Shown piece after piece: positions 1 through 7,928 of a DNA stretch of 12,443 bases. Source of the DNA: Polyangiaceae bacterium. GTDB lineage: Bacteria > Myxococcota_A > Polyangia > Polyangiales > Polyangiaceae. Position 1 is the stretch's first letter. Each line of letters begins with the position of its first letter. The notes under the pieces are model-generated. The model saw nothing but the letters and a program-made list of their open reading frames with translations, searched no databases and was not told the DNA's origin. The translations under genes were made by a program, and so were the position numbers. The stretch is from the NCBI GenBank assembly GCA_050287085.1, contig JBNKBE010000041.1, forward strand, positions 1 through 12,443, written 5' to 3'.

Positions 1-16
1 ATTTTCGTTGCTGCAT
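1..16 (-). CDS. Probable start of a gene running off the left edge (MQQRK...)
   Basis: Minus-strand ATG at 16 preceded by GAGGA (26-30) with a 9-nt spacer. Only 5 codons are visible. Confidence 0.45.
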
Positions 17-256
17 TGGTGGATTTCCTCGGCCTGTAGTCCCTTTTGGGGTGTCCACCAAACCGGGGTAACTTCAAGAATTTAGAACTGCGGTGGTCGA
101 CGCTTGCCTTGTAGCGTGACCATGCGCACCTAGCGTAACCCCGCGCCGAAATGCGGTGTCCAACTTGAATGACCCTCGGGGAGTTCGAAACAGTGGCGGC
201 AATGGCCCAGCTCCATTCGACGAAGTTTTTTGGCGCCTTCGACGCCCCGTGCCCAC

Positions 257-1042
257 TCATTCAGTTCGTAGAAGCAGCGCTTGTCCAGTCGGGAGATGGA
301 TGAGCGGAGCCTGGACTTGTGCTACATATTCGTCCACGGCCAGGCGCGCACCTGGACAAGCTTCGGAACCGTAGTCATCACACAAGAGGATGCCCCCGTT
401 GACCAGCCGGGGGTAGAAGAACTGAAGACTTGCGAGTGATGGGGCGTACAAATCCACGTCGACGTGTACGAAACAGAAAGTGCGGTCTGCGACTTCCGCA
501 AATCGTTCTGGAATCCATCCTGGGTAGAGATGAAGTCGCGGCACCGCTGCGAGGTTGTCTCTAACGGTTTCCCACTCTGCCGCCATTTCGCCAGCCTTGA
601 AGCGATGAGTTCGCCTACGGCTGGGGATGTCGACGGCCATTGGCTCGGAGAGCCCCATGAATGAATCGAATCCGTGATGACAACGTCCGTCACGAAGTGT
701 AGCCGTGGCCGTCAGATAGCTCCCAAGCCCCTTCCAGACGCCGCACTCCGCAGTGTCTCCCGGAAGGTGGCGGGTTGCTCGCGCTGAGCTGTACAGCGTG
801 AACGCTCGCGCCTCGACGTCAGTCACGGGTCCTGGAAAACGCTCCAGCAGTGCGTTGAACTCCTCGTCGTGCATCCAGGCGAGATTGCGGTTGTACATTC
901 TCAACCCAGCACGCCTCGCGAGGGCGCTCAACAGGTCATGTCGCGCTTCGTAGCGGTGACGCTGGTTCCCTGCGAAACTGAAGCCAACGTTCTTGAGCAG
1001 GCGCAGCATGCGACGGCCGGTTGCGTCAGAGAATCTAGGCAT
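257..1042 (-). CDS. TylF/MycF/NovP-family SAM-dependent sugar O-methyltransferase (about 261 aa)
   Basis: Motifs ECGVWKG, GFDSFMGL, GWIPERF, FVHVDVDLY and DDYG...CPGARLAVDE. The ATG at 1042 overlaps the GT10 stop (1035-1037) by 8 nt, which supports it as the true start inside the 257..2059 ORF. Confidence 0.88.
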   Translation of the reverse strand: MPRFSDATGRRMLRLLKNVGFSFAGNQRHRYEARHDLLSALARRAGLRMYNRNLAWMHDEEFNALLERFPGPVTDVEARAFTLYSSARATRHLPGDTAECGVWKGLGSYLTATATLRDGRCHHGFDSFMGLSEPMAVDIPSRRRTHRFKAGEMAAEWETVRDNLAAVPRLHLYPGWIPERFAEVADRTFCFVHVDVDLYAPSLASLQFFYPRLVNGGILLCDDYGSEACPGARLAVDEYVAQVQAPLIHLPTGQALLLRTE

Positions 1043-2059
1043 TGGCGCTTGCCGTGGCAGGCTCTGCGAGCGCGAGGGCTCTGCGTGCCCAATGACCCCA
1101 GGTGAAGCGCTCCCCCTGCGGGGAACGGAGGAATCTAACGGCCGCTTCGCGGTACGCGCGCTTCTCTTCGTCACCCATTGAGCGAAGACGCTCGAGCACC
1201 AACGCGGGTGGTAGGGCTTTGCAATCGACGTAACAGTCGTCCGGGACTGTTTCGCCGAGATAGGTGCCACCGCCCCAGTACAAGGGGATGGTTCCACAGA
1301 GTAGAGGCTGGATGAGTTTTTCCGTGATGTCGCCGTCCTGGTCTGTGCTCTCGAAGGCGATTGTAAAGTCGTAGTGCCGTAGCGTTGAGAGCTTGTTCTT
1401 GCTTGCACCCATGAAACGAGGATGGGCGCGCCAGCCGTTTCGGCCTCGGTGTGGCGAAAAAAGCCGTAGACATCAGCCTGCCGCCCAAACGCTTCCGCCC
1501 AATTTCGACGCTGTGCGTTCAGCTCGAGGTCCTCCCGCTCGCAGTACCTGTTGATCAAGCAGACGCTTCCCGATTGTCGAAGGTTGCGGAGGCTTCGGAG
1601 TTGTCGTTCAAGTGCTCGTACGTGCCTTGCGCGCGACCCAGGGATCACGGGATAGAAAAGCCGACGATCGACTGCGGCATTAGAGAACAACATAGAGACC
1701 CGCGTGACTTCCGGGCGAACAAGGTTGTTGAGCGTCTCTTCAGTCAGATTCTGGGGAGGCTCGAGCGAGCAGTAGATGCGCTTTCGGTCGCAGCGTGCAA
1801 ACTCATCGGTACAGTAGTTGAGCGCCACCCACGTGCTCCAAGGCGCCGAAGAGCGAAAACGCGCAGCTCCGTGACTGAAGTGAAGGGGTGAACGATAGTG
1901 GTTTACCGCGTCTGGGATGTTCCGAACTCCGGTCAGCCTTACGCCGTCCTCCTGAGGTGAGCGAGCTGCGGGCAGCAGCGCGAGATTCTGAGTGAGGTCT
2001 CGTGCTCGCGCCCAGCGCAGTTGTTCCCACACAGCCTTTGAAAATTCCGCGGCGGTCAT
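1035..2059 (-). pseudogene. GT10 (alpha-1,3/1,4-fucosyltransferase-like) gene split by a single frameshift; could be a sequence error, a pseudogene or a slippage site
   Basis: The N-terminal part reads from ATG 2059 to ...ADVYGFF. The -1 frame is open below a TGA at 1473-1475 and reads ...NGWRAHPRFMGASKNKLSTLRHYDFTIAFESTDQDGDITEKLIQPLLCGTIPLYWG, the GT10 motif. Adding one base gives 341 aa with coupled overlaps at both ends. Confidence 0.8.
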
Positions 2060-3195
2060 GGATGGTCACCTTGGCACCTGGGACTGAGCAGTTCCAGGTA
2101 GGTCGATTCCAGCTGTTCGGCGGCCTCTAGCCATGACCGCTGTTTCACTTGCTGCCTGGCGGCGGCACCGATGCGATCGCGCTCGAGCTTGGAGAGCTGG
2201 CAGAATGCCTGCAGGCCCTCCACCATCTCTCTTGACGTGGAGCAATCCCAGAGCTTCCCCAATTCTCCCCCGACCAGCAACTCTCGGTGTGCGGGGATGT
2301 CGCTTGCTAAGATGGGCAGTCCGGCACTCATCGCTTCCATGACGGCGATTGGTAGGCCTTCAAACTCCGAGGGCGTCACGAACCCAAACGCATTGGTCAT
2401 CAGAGCCCATTTTTTCGCGCCGTGCACGCTTCCTAGGCAGAGTACATGTCTAGAGTTTCGCCGAACGACCTCCTCGGCGTACTTGTCCTCCGGGCGACCA
2501 GCGCCCACGATCACGAGCTTCAGTTTGAGGTTTGCCCGTTCCCTGACCTGCTCGAAAGCGTCAATGAGCTGCATCGGGCGCTTGTTGGCTTCCAACCGAG
2601 CAACAAAGAGCAAGTATTCACCCGGTTCGACATTCCACTCAGCATCTAGACTTGTGCCCAGTGTGGGTGCCGTACAGACGCCGTTTGGGATCGGAGTCGT
2701 TTGGCAGCCTCGGGCGGCGTAGTGCTCGAAGAGATGCCGGGCGACAACGACCGTGGTGTGCGAAAGATGGAGAGCGCAGCATTCACCCAGTCTGAGCAGG
2801 GCCACGCTGAGGCCACCCCATCTTGCGGCTCGGTAGTCGAAACCGTGAATCGTGCAGACTACTTTACAACTCCCAAGGCGTGCGAGTGGAACCACCAATG
2901 CGGGCCCCATGCAGTGATAGTGGAGAACATCGAAGTCGCCGCGAAGTGCACGGAGGGTGGAGGTGAGCGCATGGACCAGTGCGTCCATACGTCCCGACGT
3001 TCGGCGATGCGAAGTCACGATTTGGACACCATCGACCGAATGGCGCCTCACGTTGTGGGGGGCATACCACCACCGACTGAATACAGTGACGTGATGGCCC
3101 CGATGGGCGAGTTGTCTTGCCAACTCATCAACGTGTTGCTCGACTCCACCCCAAGTTGCAGGGAACCCCTTCTGTCCGATAAAAGCGATTCGCAT
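2056..3195 (-). CDS. GT4 (GT-B) glycosyltransferase
   Basis: MRIAFIGQKGFPATWGGVE start, TIHGFD, IPNGV, FVARLEANK and PSEFEGLPIAVMEAM (E-x7-E), ASDIP. ATG 3195 is preferred over the track's TTG 3240. The stop overlaps the next ATG (ATGA, 2056-2059). Confidence 0.92.
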   Translation of the reverse strand: MRIAFIGQKGFPATWGGVEQHVDELARQLAHRGHHVTVFSRWWYAPHNVRRHSVDGVQIVTSHRRTSGRMDALVHALTSTLRALRGDFDVLHYHCMGPALVVPLARLGSCKVVCTIHGFDYRAARWGGLSVALLRLGECCALHLSHTTVVVARHLFEHYAARGCQTTPIPNGVCTAPTLGTSLDAEWNVEPGEYLLFVARLEANKRPMQLIDAFEQVRERANLKLKLVIVGAGRPEDKYAEEVVRRNSRHVLCLGSVHGAKKWALMTNAFGFVTPSEFEGLPIAVMEAMSAGLPILASDIPAHRELLVGGELGKLWDCSTSREMVEGLQAFCQLSKLERDRIGAAARQQVKQRSWLEAAEQLESTYLELLSPRCQGDHP

Positions 3196-3252
3196 CGTTC
3201 CCGGGGCTGGAGCGTTGCCAGCGTTGGCGTATCGTGACAATAGCCTTGTCGC

Positions 3253-4449
3253 ATGCGTCTGCTCTTGCTAAGCAAGTTTGGGTCGGCTCGCGGCGGGGCA
3301 GAGCGATGCTTCAGGGATCAGGTTCGTTGGTTCAGAGAAACCGGCCATCCGGTGGCGGTGGTCACGCAAACTGGTCCTAGCGAGGAAGATCCACCCGGCA
3401 CGCGCTTCGACGTACGACCGGTCGACTTTCGTTCGACGTTGCGCGAGGGAGTCGTGGGTGTCGAACGCATGTTCTGGTCCTCCGAGGTCGCTCGAGCCGT
3501 GCAACGAGCAGTTGCCACCTTTCGCCCGCACGCGGCGATCGTGCACAACACCTATCACCATCTGGGCCCAGCGATTCCGCGCATGCTCCGTCGACTCAAT
3601 GTTCCGACACTGATGTTCGTACACGACCACAAGCCGGTCTGTCCGGCGTATTCCGCGTGGCGAGCCGGGCGTGTCTGTCGCGAATGCAACGGGAGGCGCT
3701 TCTATCGGGCTGCTTTGCATGCATGCGGTGGTTCGACAGCCCACGGAGTTCTGCTTGCGGCCGAGTCCTACTGGCAGCACTCGATGCTCAGGACCTACGA
3801 CGACATCGAAGAGTATGTCGTGCCAAGCCACTACATGGCTGCTGCTTTGGCCGAAGGCGGTCTGAGGGGGAAAGTGAGCGTTGTTCGCAACGCCGTTGAG
3901 CCGATCTCGGGCGCACCCAATCGCGATGGTTTCGCTGTAGGGTTTTATGGTCGTCTTACCCCCGAAAAGGGTGTGGACACGCTTCTGGATGCAGCAAAGC
4001 TGTTGCCGGAGGCCACGTTTCGCATCGCGGGAGAGGGGCCGGCGAGGTTGAGCCTCCAGGAGCAGACGCGGCGCTTGCAACTCCGCAATGTCGAGTTTGT
4101 TGGCGACCCTGGACCAGATGGGCTGTCCGCAGAGTTTGGAAGGTGGCACGTCTCCGTCGTTCCGTCCGTTTCCCCAGAAAACTGTCCGTACGCCGTCTTG
4201 GACGCGTTCCGGTTTGGTGTCCCAGTAGTGGGAACCGACGACGCTGGCATTCGAGAGCTGGTGAGCGACCGCGGCTTGTTATTTCCACGCGGGGACCATC
4301 GGTCGCTGGCCGCGAGCATTCGTTTGCTCTTACAGGACTCGAGCGTGCATGAGCGGTGCGCGAGGCGCGGCTTGGAATTGGTCGACATGGAATGCCGACC
4401 AGAGACCCACATCAAACGCGTGCTGGAGCTGCTCCAAGCCAGGCTTTGA
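3253..4449 (+). CDS. GT4 (GT-B) glycosyltransferase with a Cys-rich insert
   Basis: GGAER, HDHKPVCP...CREC...C, VVPSHYM, VVRNAV, FYGRLTPEKGV, IAGEGP and PSVSPENCPYAVLDA (E-x7-D variant), GVPVVGT. Confidence 0.92.
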   Translation: MRLLLLSKFGSARGGAERCFRDQVRWFRETGHPVAVVTQTGPSEEDPPGTRFDVRPVDFRSTLREGVVGVERMFWSSEVARAVQRAVATFRPHAAIVHNTYHHLGPAIPRMLRRLNVPTLMFVHDHKPVCPAYSAWRAGRVCRECNGRRFYRAALHACGGSTAHGVLLAAESYWQHSMLRTYDDIEEYVVPSHYMAAALAEGGLRGKVSVVRNAVEPISGAPNRDGFAVGFYGRLTPEKGVDTLLDAAKLLPEATFRIAGEGPARLSLQEQTRRLQLRNVEFVGDPGPDGLSAEFGRWHVSVVPSVSPENCPYAVLDAFRFGVPVVGTDDAGIRELVSDRGLLFPRGDHRSLAASIRLLLQDSSVHERCARRGLELVDMECRPETHIKRVLELLQARL

Positions 4450-5542
4450 CTCGCCCGGCGACTTTGCTCAACACTTCTCGTTCCACTCGCGCGCCTGGCG
4501 GTAAATCCCAGCTACACCTCATGAAGTCAGGGAACCCCGCTAGCCGAGTGGACAATCGCCGTCCCGCGCTCAGGCGTGCGTAGTGGCAGAGGTGTCGCGG
4601 CATCAACCCCAGCAGCTGACTGTACCTGGTTGTACAGACATACTCCAACCGCTCCCCCACACCGACGGCGGTGCTCTGAAGCAGCTCAAGTACGTTGTCC
4701 GGAATTGGCTGCGCTAGGCGAGCGGCGAGATACTCGAGGGCAATCCGTGAGGTCAGGCACAGGCGGTGTCGCTGCGCGATACAGACGAATCGGTCCCAGT
4801 CTATGGAAGAAGCGCGCTCCAAGACGGTGCTAGCGTCGACGAGCCAGCGTACTGGAGACACGTGGGAAAAGGCGACGCCGTGGACGACGGTATGGAAGAG
4901 CTGCTCTGCTGGGGCCAGCACGCGGCTGCGCACGCCTTCGCAATGGGCCTCGAGAGCGGTATCCCAGGCCCAGTCCTCGTCCACACTGCAACTCTGGAGC
5001 AAAGGGCGCCAGTGGAGATCGATCTCGAGCGTACTCCGCTTGAACGGCGAGCTATGACGAACCAAAAGAAGCTGCTCGTCCCATGGGGAGTGAGGCGCGA
5101 AGCCGTTTGCGCACAGCAGTTCGGCGCCCGCCTTCGCCTGATCGGCTCTCACCAAGATGTCGACGTCGCTCATGGGCCTCAGGCCCGGTGTGCTCGCGTA
5201 GTGGCATTCCAGAGCTGCGCCCTTCAATAGCAATGTGGATATGCCAGCCTGTTCGAGTAGCTCTACGACCGCTGCTGCGCTCTTGAGCCGCTGCCGCGTA
5301 TGGACCCAGGCATGTTTTCTGAGTCCCGCAAGCCGCCCATTCTGCGGATAGGTCAGACCTTGTCGTGAGAGGTTGGCGTGGACGGCGGGGAGCAGGCGGT
5401 GACAGCCCGGACCGATGGCGTCCAGCGGGTTTTGGCTTATCCATCCTTCAAAGGCCACGGCCGCGCGCGCGTCCGGTAGGATTGCCGCACGAAGTAGCAG
5501 TAGCTCATCTGCGGTCGGCCACGAGGTTGCGACGGATCTCAT
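4412..5542 (-). CDS. Nucleotidyltransferase family protein (NTP_transf_5-like)
   Basis: LLLKGAAL...Y....LRPMSDVDILV (DxD), EIDLHW and H...HG......RWLVD. ATGA overlap with the upstream GT2; 38-nt convergent overlap with the plus-strand GT4. Confidence 0.88.
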   Translation of the reverse strand: MRSVATSWPTADELLLLRAAILPDARAAVAFEGWISQNPLDAIGPGCHRLLPAVHANLSRQGLTYPQNGRLAGLRKHAWVHTRQRLKSAAAVVELLEQAGISTLLLKGAALECHYASTPGLRPMSDVDILVRADQAKAGAELLCANGFAPHSPWDEQLLLVRHSSPFKRSTLEIDLHWRPLLQSCSVDEDWAWDTALEAHCEGVRSRVLAPAEQLFHTVVHGVAFSHVSPVRWLVDASTVLERASSIDWDRFVCIAQRHRLCLTSRIALEYLAARLAQPIPDNVLELLQSTAVGVGERLEYVCTTRYSQLLGLMPRHLCHYARLSAGRRLSTRLAGFPDFMRCSWDLPPGARVEREVLSKVAGRVKAWLGAAPARV

Positions 5543-6201
5543 CGGGGACCCATTCGCTTGAGTTCAAGACTTCGCTTGGCGACCCGAAAGTAGTCTCCGC
5601 GACGCATCGACTGTAACCGCCCGAGGTTGTTGGCATGGATTCGCCGCTCCAAACACACCTGGTCAATTACCGTCTCTTGCATGCCTAGTTCGCGACAGCG
5701 GACCAGAAAGTCCATGAAGTCTCCCAGATGGAGGGTGGCGTCGAAACGCCCGACGCGTTCAAAACTCGAGCGCCGCATCAGCATCGTTCCGGGGAGGCGC
5801 CCGGGGCGAGGTGGGCCCAGTGTTTGGAAGGTCGGGGTGTCCTGAAACTCTTGTACCCATCCGTAGACGGCGTCGACGTGTGGTGACGCGTCCATCGCGG
5901 CAAGCTGCGCCTCGAGTTTGCCGGGAGTCCAATGATCATCGGCGTCTAGGCCCGCCACGAACTCCCCACGAGCCAAGGCGTAGCCCTCGTTCCGCGCCGC
6001 CGCTGCACCCCGATGGGGTACGCGCACCACCCTGACCGGGAACTTGGCGGCCACTGACCGAGTTCGGTCCGTCGACCCGTCATCTACGACGATGGTCTCG
6101 ATGTTAGGGATCTGCCTCTCGAGGATGCTGACGAGAGCTTCCTCCAAGTACAGCTCTGCGTTGTAGGCAGGAACCACGACGGTGACCAACGGTTGGCTCA
6201 T
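5539..6201 (-). CDS. GT2 (GT-A) single-domain glycosyltransferase, 220 aa
   Basis: LVTVVVPAYNAE, VVDDGSTDRT, AARNEG, LDADDHW and RRIHANN. ATGA overlaps at both ends. Confidence 0.93.
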   Translation of the reverse strand: MSQPLVTVVVPAYNAELYLEEALVSILERQIPNIETIVVDDGSTDRTRSVAAKFPVRVVRVPHRGAAAARNEGYALARGEFVAGLDADDHWTPGKLEAQLAAMDASPHVDAVYGWVQEFQDTPTFQTLGPPRPGRLPGTMLMRRSSFERVGRFDATLHLGDFMDFLVRCRELGMQETVIDQVCLERRIHANNLGRLQSMRRGDYFRVAKRSLELKRMGPR

Positions 6202-6866
6202 GTCGCCCGCCTCCGCTGCAACGAACGGTGCAGTGCGTCAAACATGCCGAGCTCAGCGACGCTTTTGCCTTTGGTCATGTTTTCTTCGTGCAGGCGATAC
6301 TGCAGAAAGACTGCTGGGTGGCGTCGCAGCTTGGCGCCCCGCTGTCGCAGTCGAGCGATGAAGTCGAGATCTTCGCTGCTTGCGAGCTGCTCGTCGAAGT
6401 AACCGTCTTGTTCAACGACGCCGCGTCGGAAAACGAAAGAACCCAGGTTGACCCGATAGTGAGGTGTCACGAGATGAGGTTGAATGTGACCGGGACCGGC
6501 TAGCGCAAGACGAACGCGTCCTTGCACGATCTCGAGCGCCTGGTCCTGCTCCAACTCCGAGCAAGCGTGCCGAAGTGCCTCTGGTTCCCAAAGGTCGTCA
6601 ACATCGAGAAAGGCGATTCCTTCGCCAGTGGCGGCGTTCAATCCCGTGTTTCTTGCCGATGCTGGTCCGCGCCGAGGCTGGTGTAACAGGCTCACTTCCA
6701 GCATTGGATACCGCGGCAGTTGCTCAATCGCGGCGGAAGTCCCGTCGGTACTTCCGTCATCCACGAAGATGAGCTGTCGAACTTGGGCTTGGGACCGCAC
6801 CGTCGATACGCACGAATCTATGAAACGCGCCCCATTGTGGACTGGAACGATCACGGATAACCTCAT
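6198..6866 (-). CDS. GT2 (GT-A) single-domain glycosyltransferase, 222 aa
   Basis: MRLSVIVPVHNG, VDDGSTDGT, ARNTGL, FLDVDDLW, FDEQLASSEDLDF and YRLHEEN. ATG 6866 overlaps the kinase TGA (ATGA). Confidence 0.93.
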   Translation of the reverse strand: MRLSVIVPVHNGARFIDSCVSTVRSQAQVRQLIFVDDGSTDGTSAAIEQLPRYPMLEVSLLHQPRRGPASARNTGLNAATGEGIAFLDVDDLWEPEALRHACSELEQDQALEIVQGRVRLALAGPGHIQPHLVTPHYRVNLGSFVFRRGVVEQDGYFDEQLASSEDLDFIARLRQRGAKLRRHPAVFLQYRLHEENMTKGKSVAELGMFDALHRSLQRRRAT

Positions 6867-7921
6867 CGCGCCCCGCCTACGAGCGACTCCAGCAGCTCGC
6901 AAAGGACGGCCGCGCTGCCTGGCGCGTTGACCGTGTAACATCGGGTGTGTCGGACGAGTTGCGCGCAGAAGCTGAAACTCGACGCGCCGAGGCCGGACGT
7001 CTGAAAAATCGAGCTGGGCGCGAGCGCGCGAAGAAGCATGGCTTTGCTACAGGGGCTGACGCCCGCCGTGCCTTCGATTCGGGTGGGCAGGACGAGCCCG
7101 ACCACTGGTGCGCAACGGGCCGATCCAGCCACACTCGGGAATCTGAGGATGACCTTGTTGTCCTGCGGGCGCGGAGGCTCTTGGGCTAGCGCTGTGAGGT
7201 CTGGGAGGAAGCGTCGCAAGTGATTCAGTTCGAGCTTGGCGGTGTTGTAAACGCCCCAGACCACGGGCGGCTTCCCGGGTGGCAACTGCACGATGCAATT
7301 GTCGTCACCGAGGAATTGAAGCGATCCTGCTGCACTCAGCGCAGCGCTGCTCTTGCCACTGCCCCCGGCGCCGACCAACAGCACGGCGCCTCGCGGGCCA
7401 GCGACCGCTCCGACGTGTAACGATTCAGCGCTCCACTCTCGGACGGCCCACGCGATTAACGTTCGCAGCGGGGCCGCCCGCTCGTAGTTGGGCAGCGTCT
7501 CCAACGAACGAGCCCAATAGTGGCCCGAGCGCTTTGTACTGTCGTATGCCGACAAGGTGTGGGCGTCCAGGTTGTACGCGGTGCTATAGCGGTCCTCATT
7601 GAAGCCGCGAATTTCCCCGCGGGGACCGATGTCGCTGCTGGACCAGGGTGAATGCATGTCGCCTAGCGGCGCGCGGTTTCCCCAAACGAAAATGTTGGCG
7701 TCCGGCGCTGCTGCAGAAGCACGCTCGATCGACCAAAAGGAAGACGTCAACAGCTCGGCAATTGACGCGTCTGCGAAGGTCAGTCGTATCCGGCGTTTGC
7801 AAATGACCAGGTCGGCTTGGTGCGCTGCGCTGTGGAGCTGCTGCTGCCTCGACGCTTCCAAGTCAGCGAAGAAGCGGGGACAGTCCGGCCGACATGGGAT
7901 CGCGTCCGCGACAGAGGCCAT
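6863..7921 (-). CDS. HPr kinase-related (HprK-like) P-loop serine kinase, about 352 aa
   Basis: LHVGAV (His motif), Walker A GAGGSGKS and FLGDDNC (Asp pair) appear in HprK order. ATG 7921 lies 7 nt past the PqqD stop; the track's 8020 start would overlap PqqD by about 90 nt. Confidence 0.85.
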   Translation of the reverse strand: MASVADAIPCRPDCPRFFADLEASRQQQLHSAAHQADLVICKRRIRLTFADASIAELLTSSFWSIERASAAAPDANIFVWGNRAPLGDMHSPWSSSDIGPRGEIRGFNEDRYSTAYNLDAHTLSAYDSTKRSGHYWARSLETLPNYERAAPLRTLIAWAVREWSAESLHVGAVAGPRGAVLLVGAGGSGKSSAALSAAGSLQFLGDDNCIVQLPPGKPPVVWGVYNTAKLELNHLRRFLPDLTALAQEPPRPQDNKVILRFPSVAGSARCAPVVGLVLPTRIEGTAGVSPCSKAMLLRALAPSSIFQTSGLGASSFSFCAQLVRHTRCYTVNAPGSAAVLCELLESLVGGAR

Positions 7922-7928
7922 GGACAGC

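Noticed and set aside
74..256. 60-aa ORF directly after the methyltransferase
   Set aside because: It has a GTG start, no recognisable motif and a biased composition; probably spurious.
257..2059. 600-aa ORF as a genuine novel fusion methyltransferase
   Set aside because: Its middle portion is Ser/Arg/Pro-rich and looks out of frame, while the overlapping frame holds the GT10 motif. TylF has its own coupled ATG at 1042.
3268..4149. 293-aa minus-strand ORF that would make the operon contiguous
   Set aside because: It is the antisense shadow of a motif-complete GT4 and has no recognisable domain.
6863..7921. True HprK/P of carbon catabolite regulation
   Set aside because: There is no PTS/ptsH context and the N-terminal region is not recognisably HprK. 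The context fits the RRE-associated HprK-related kinases.
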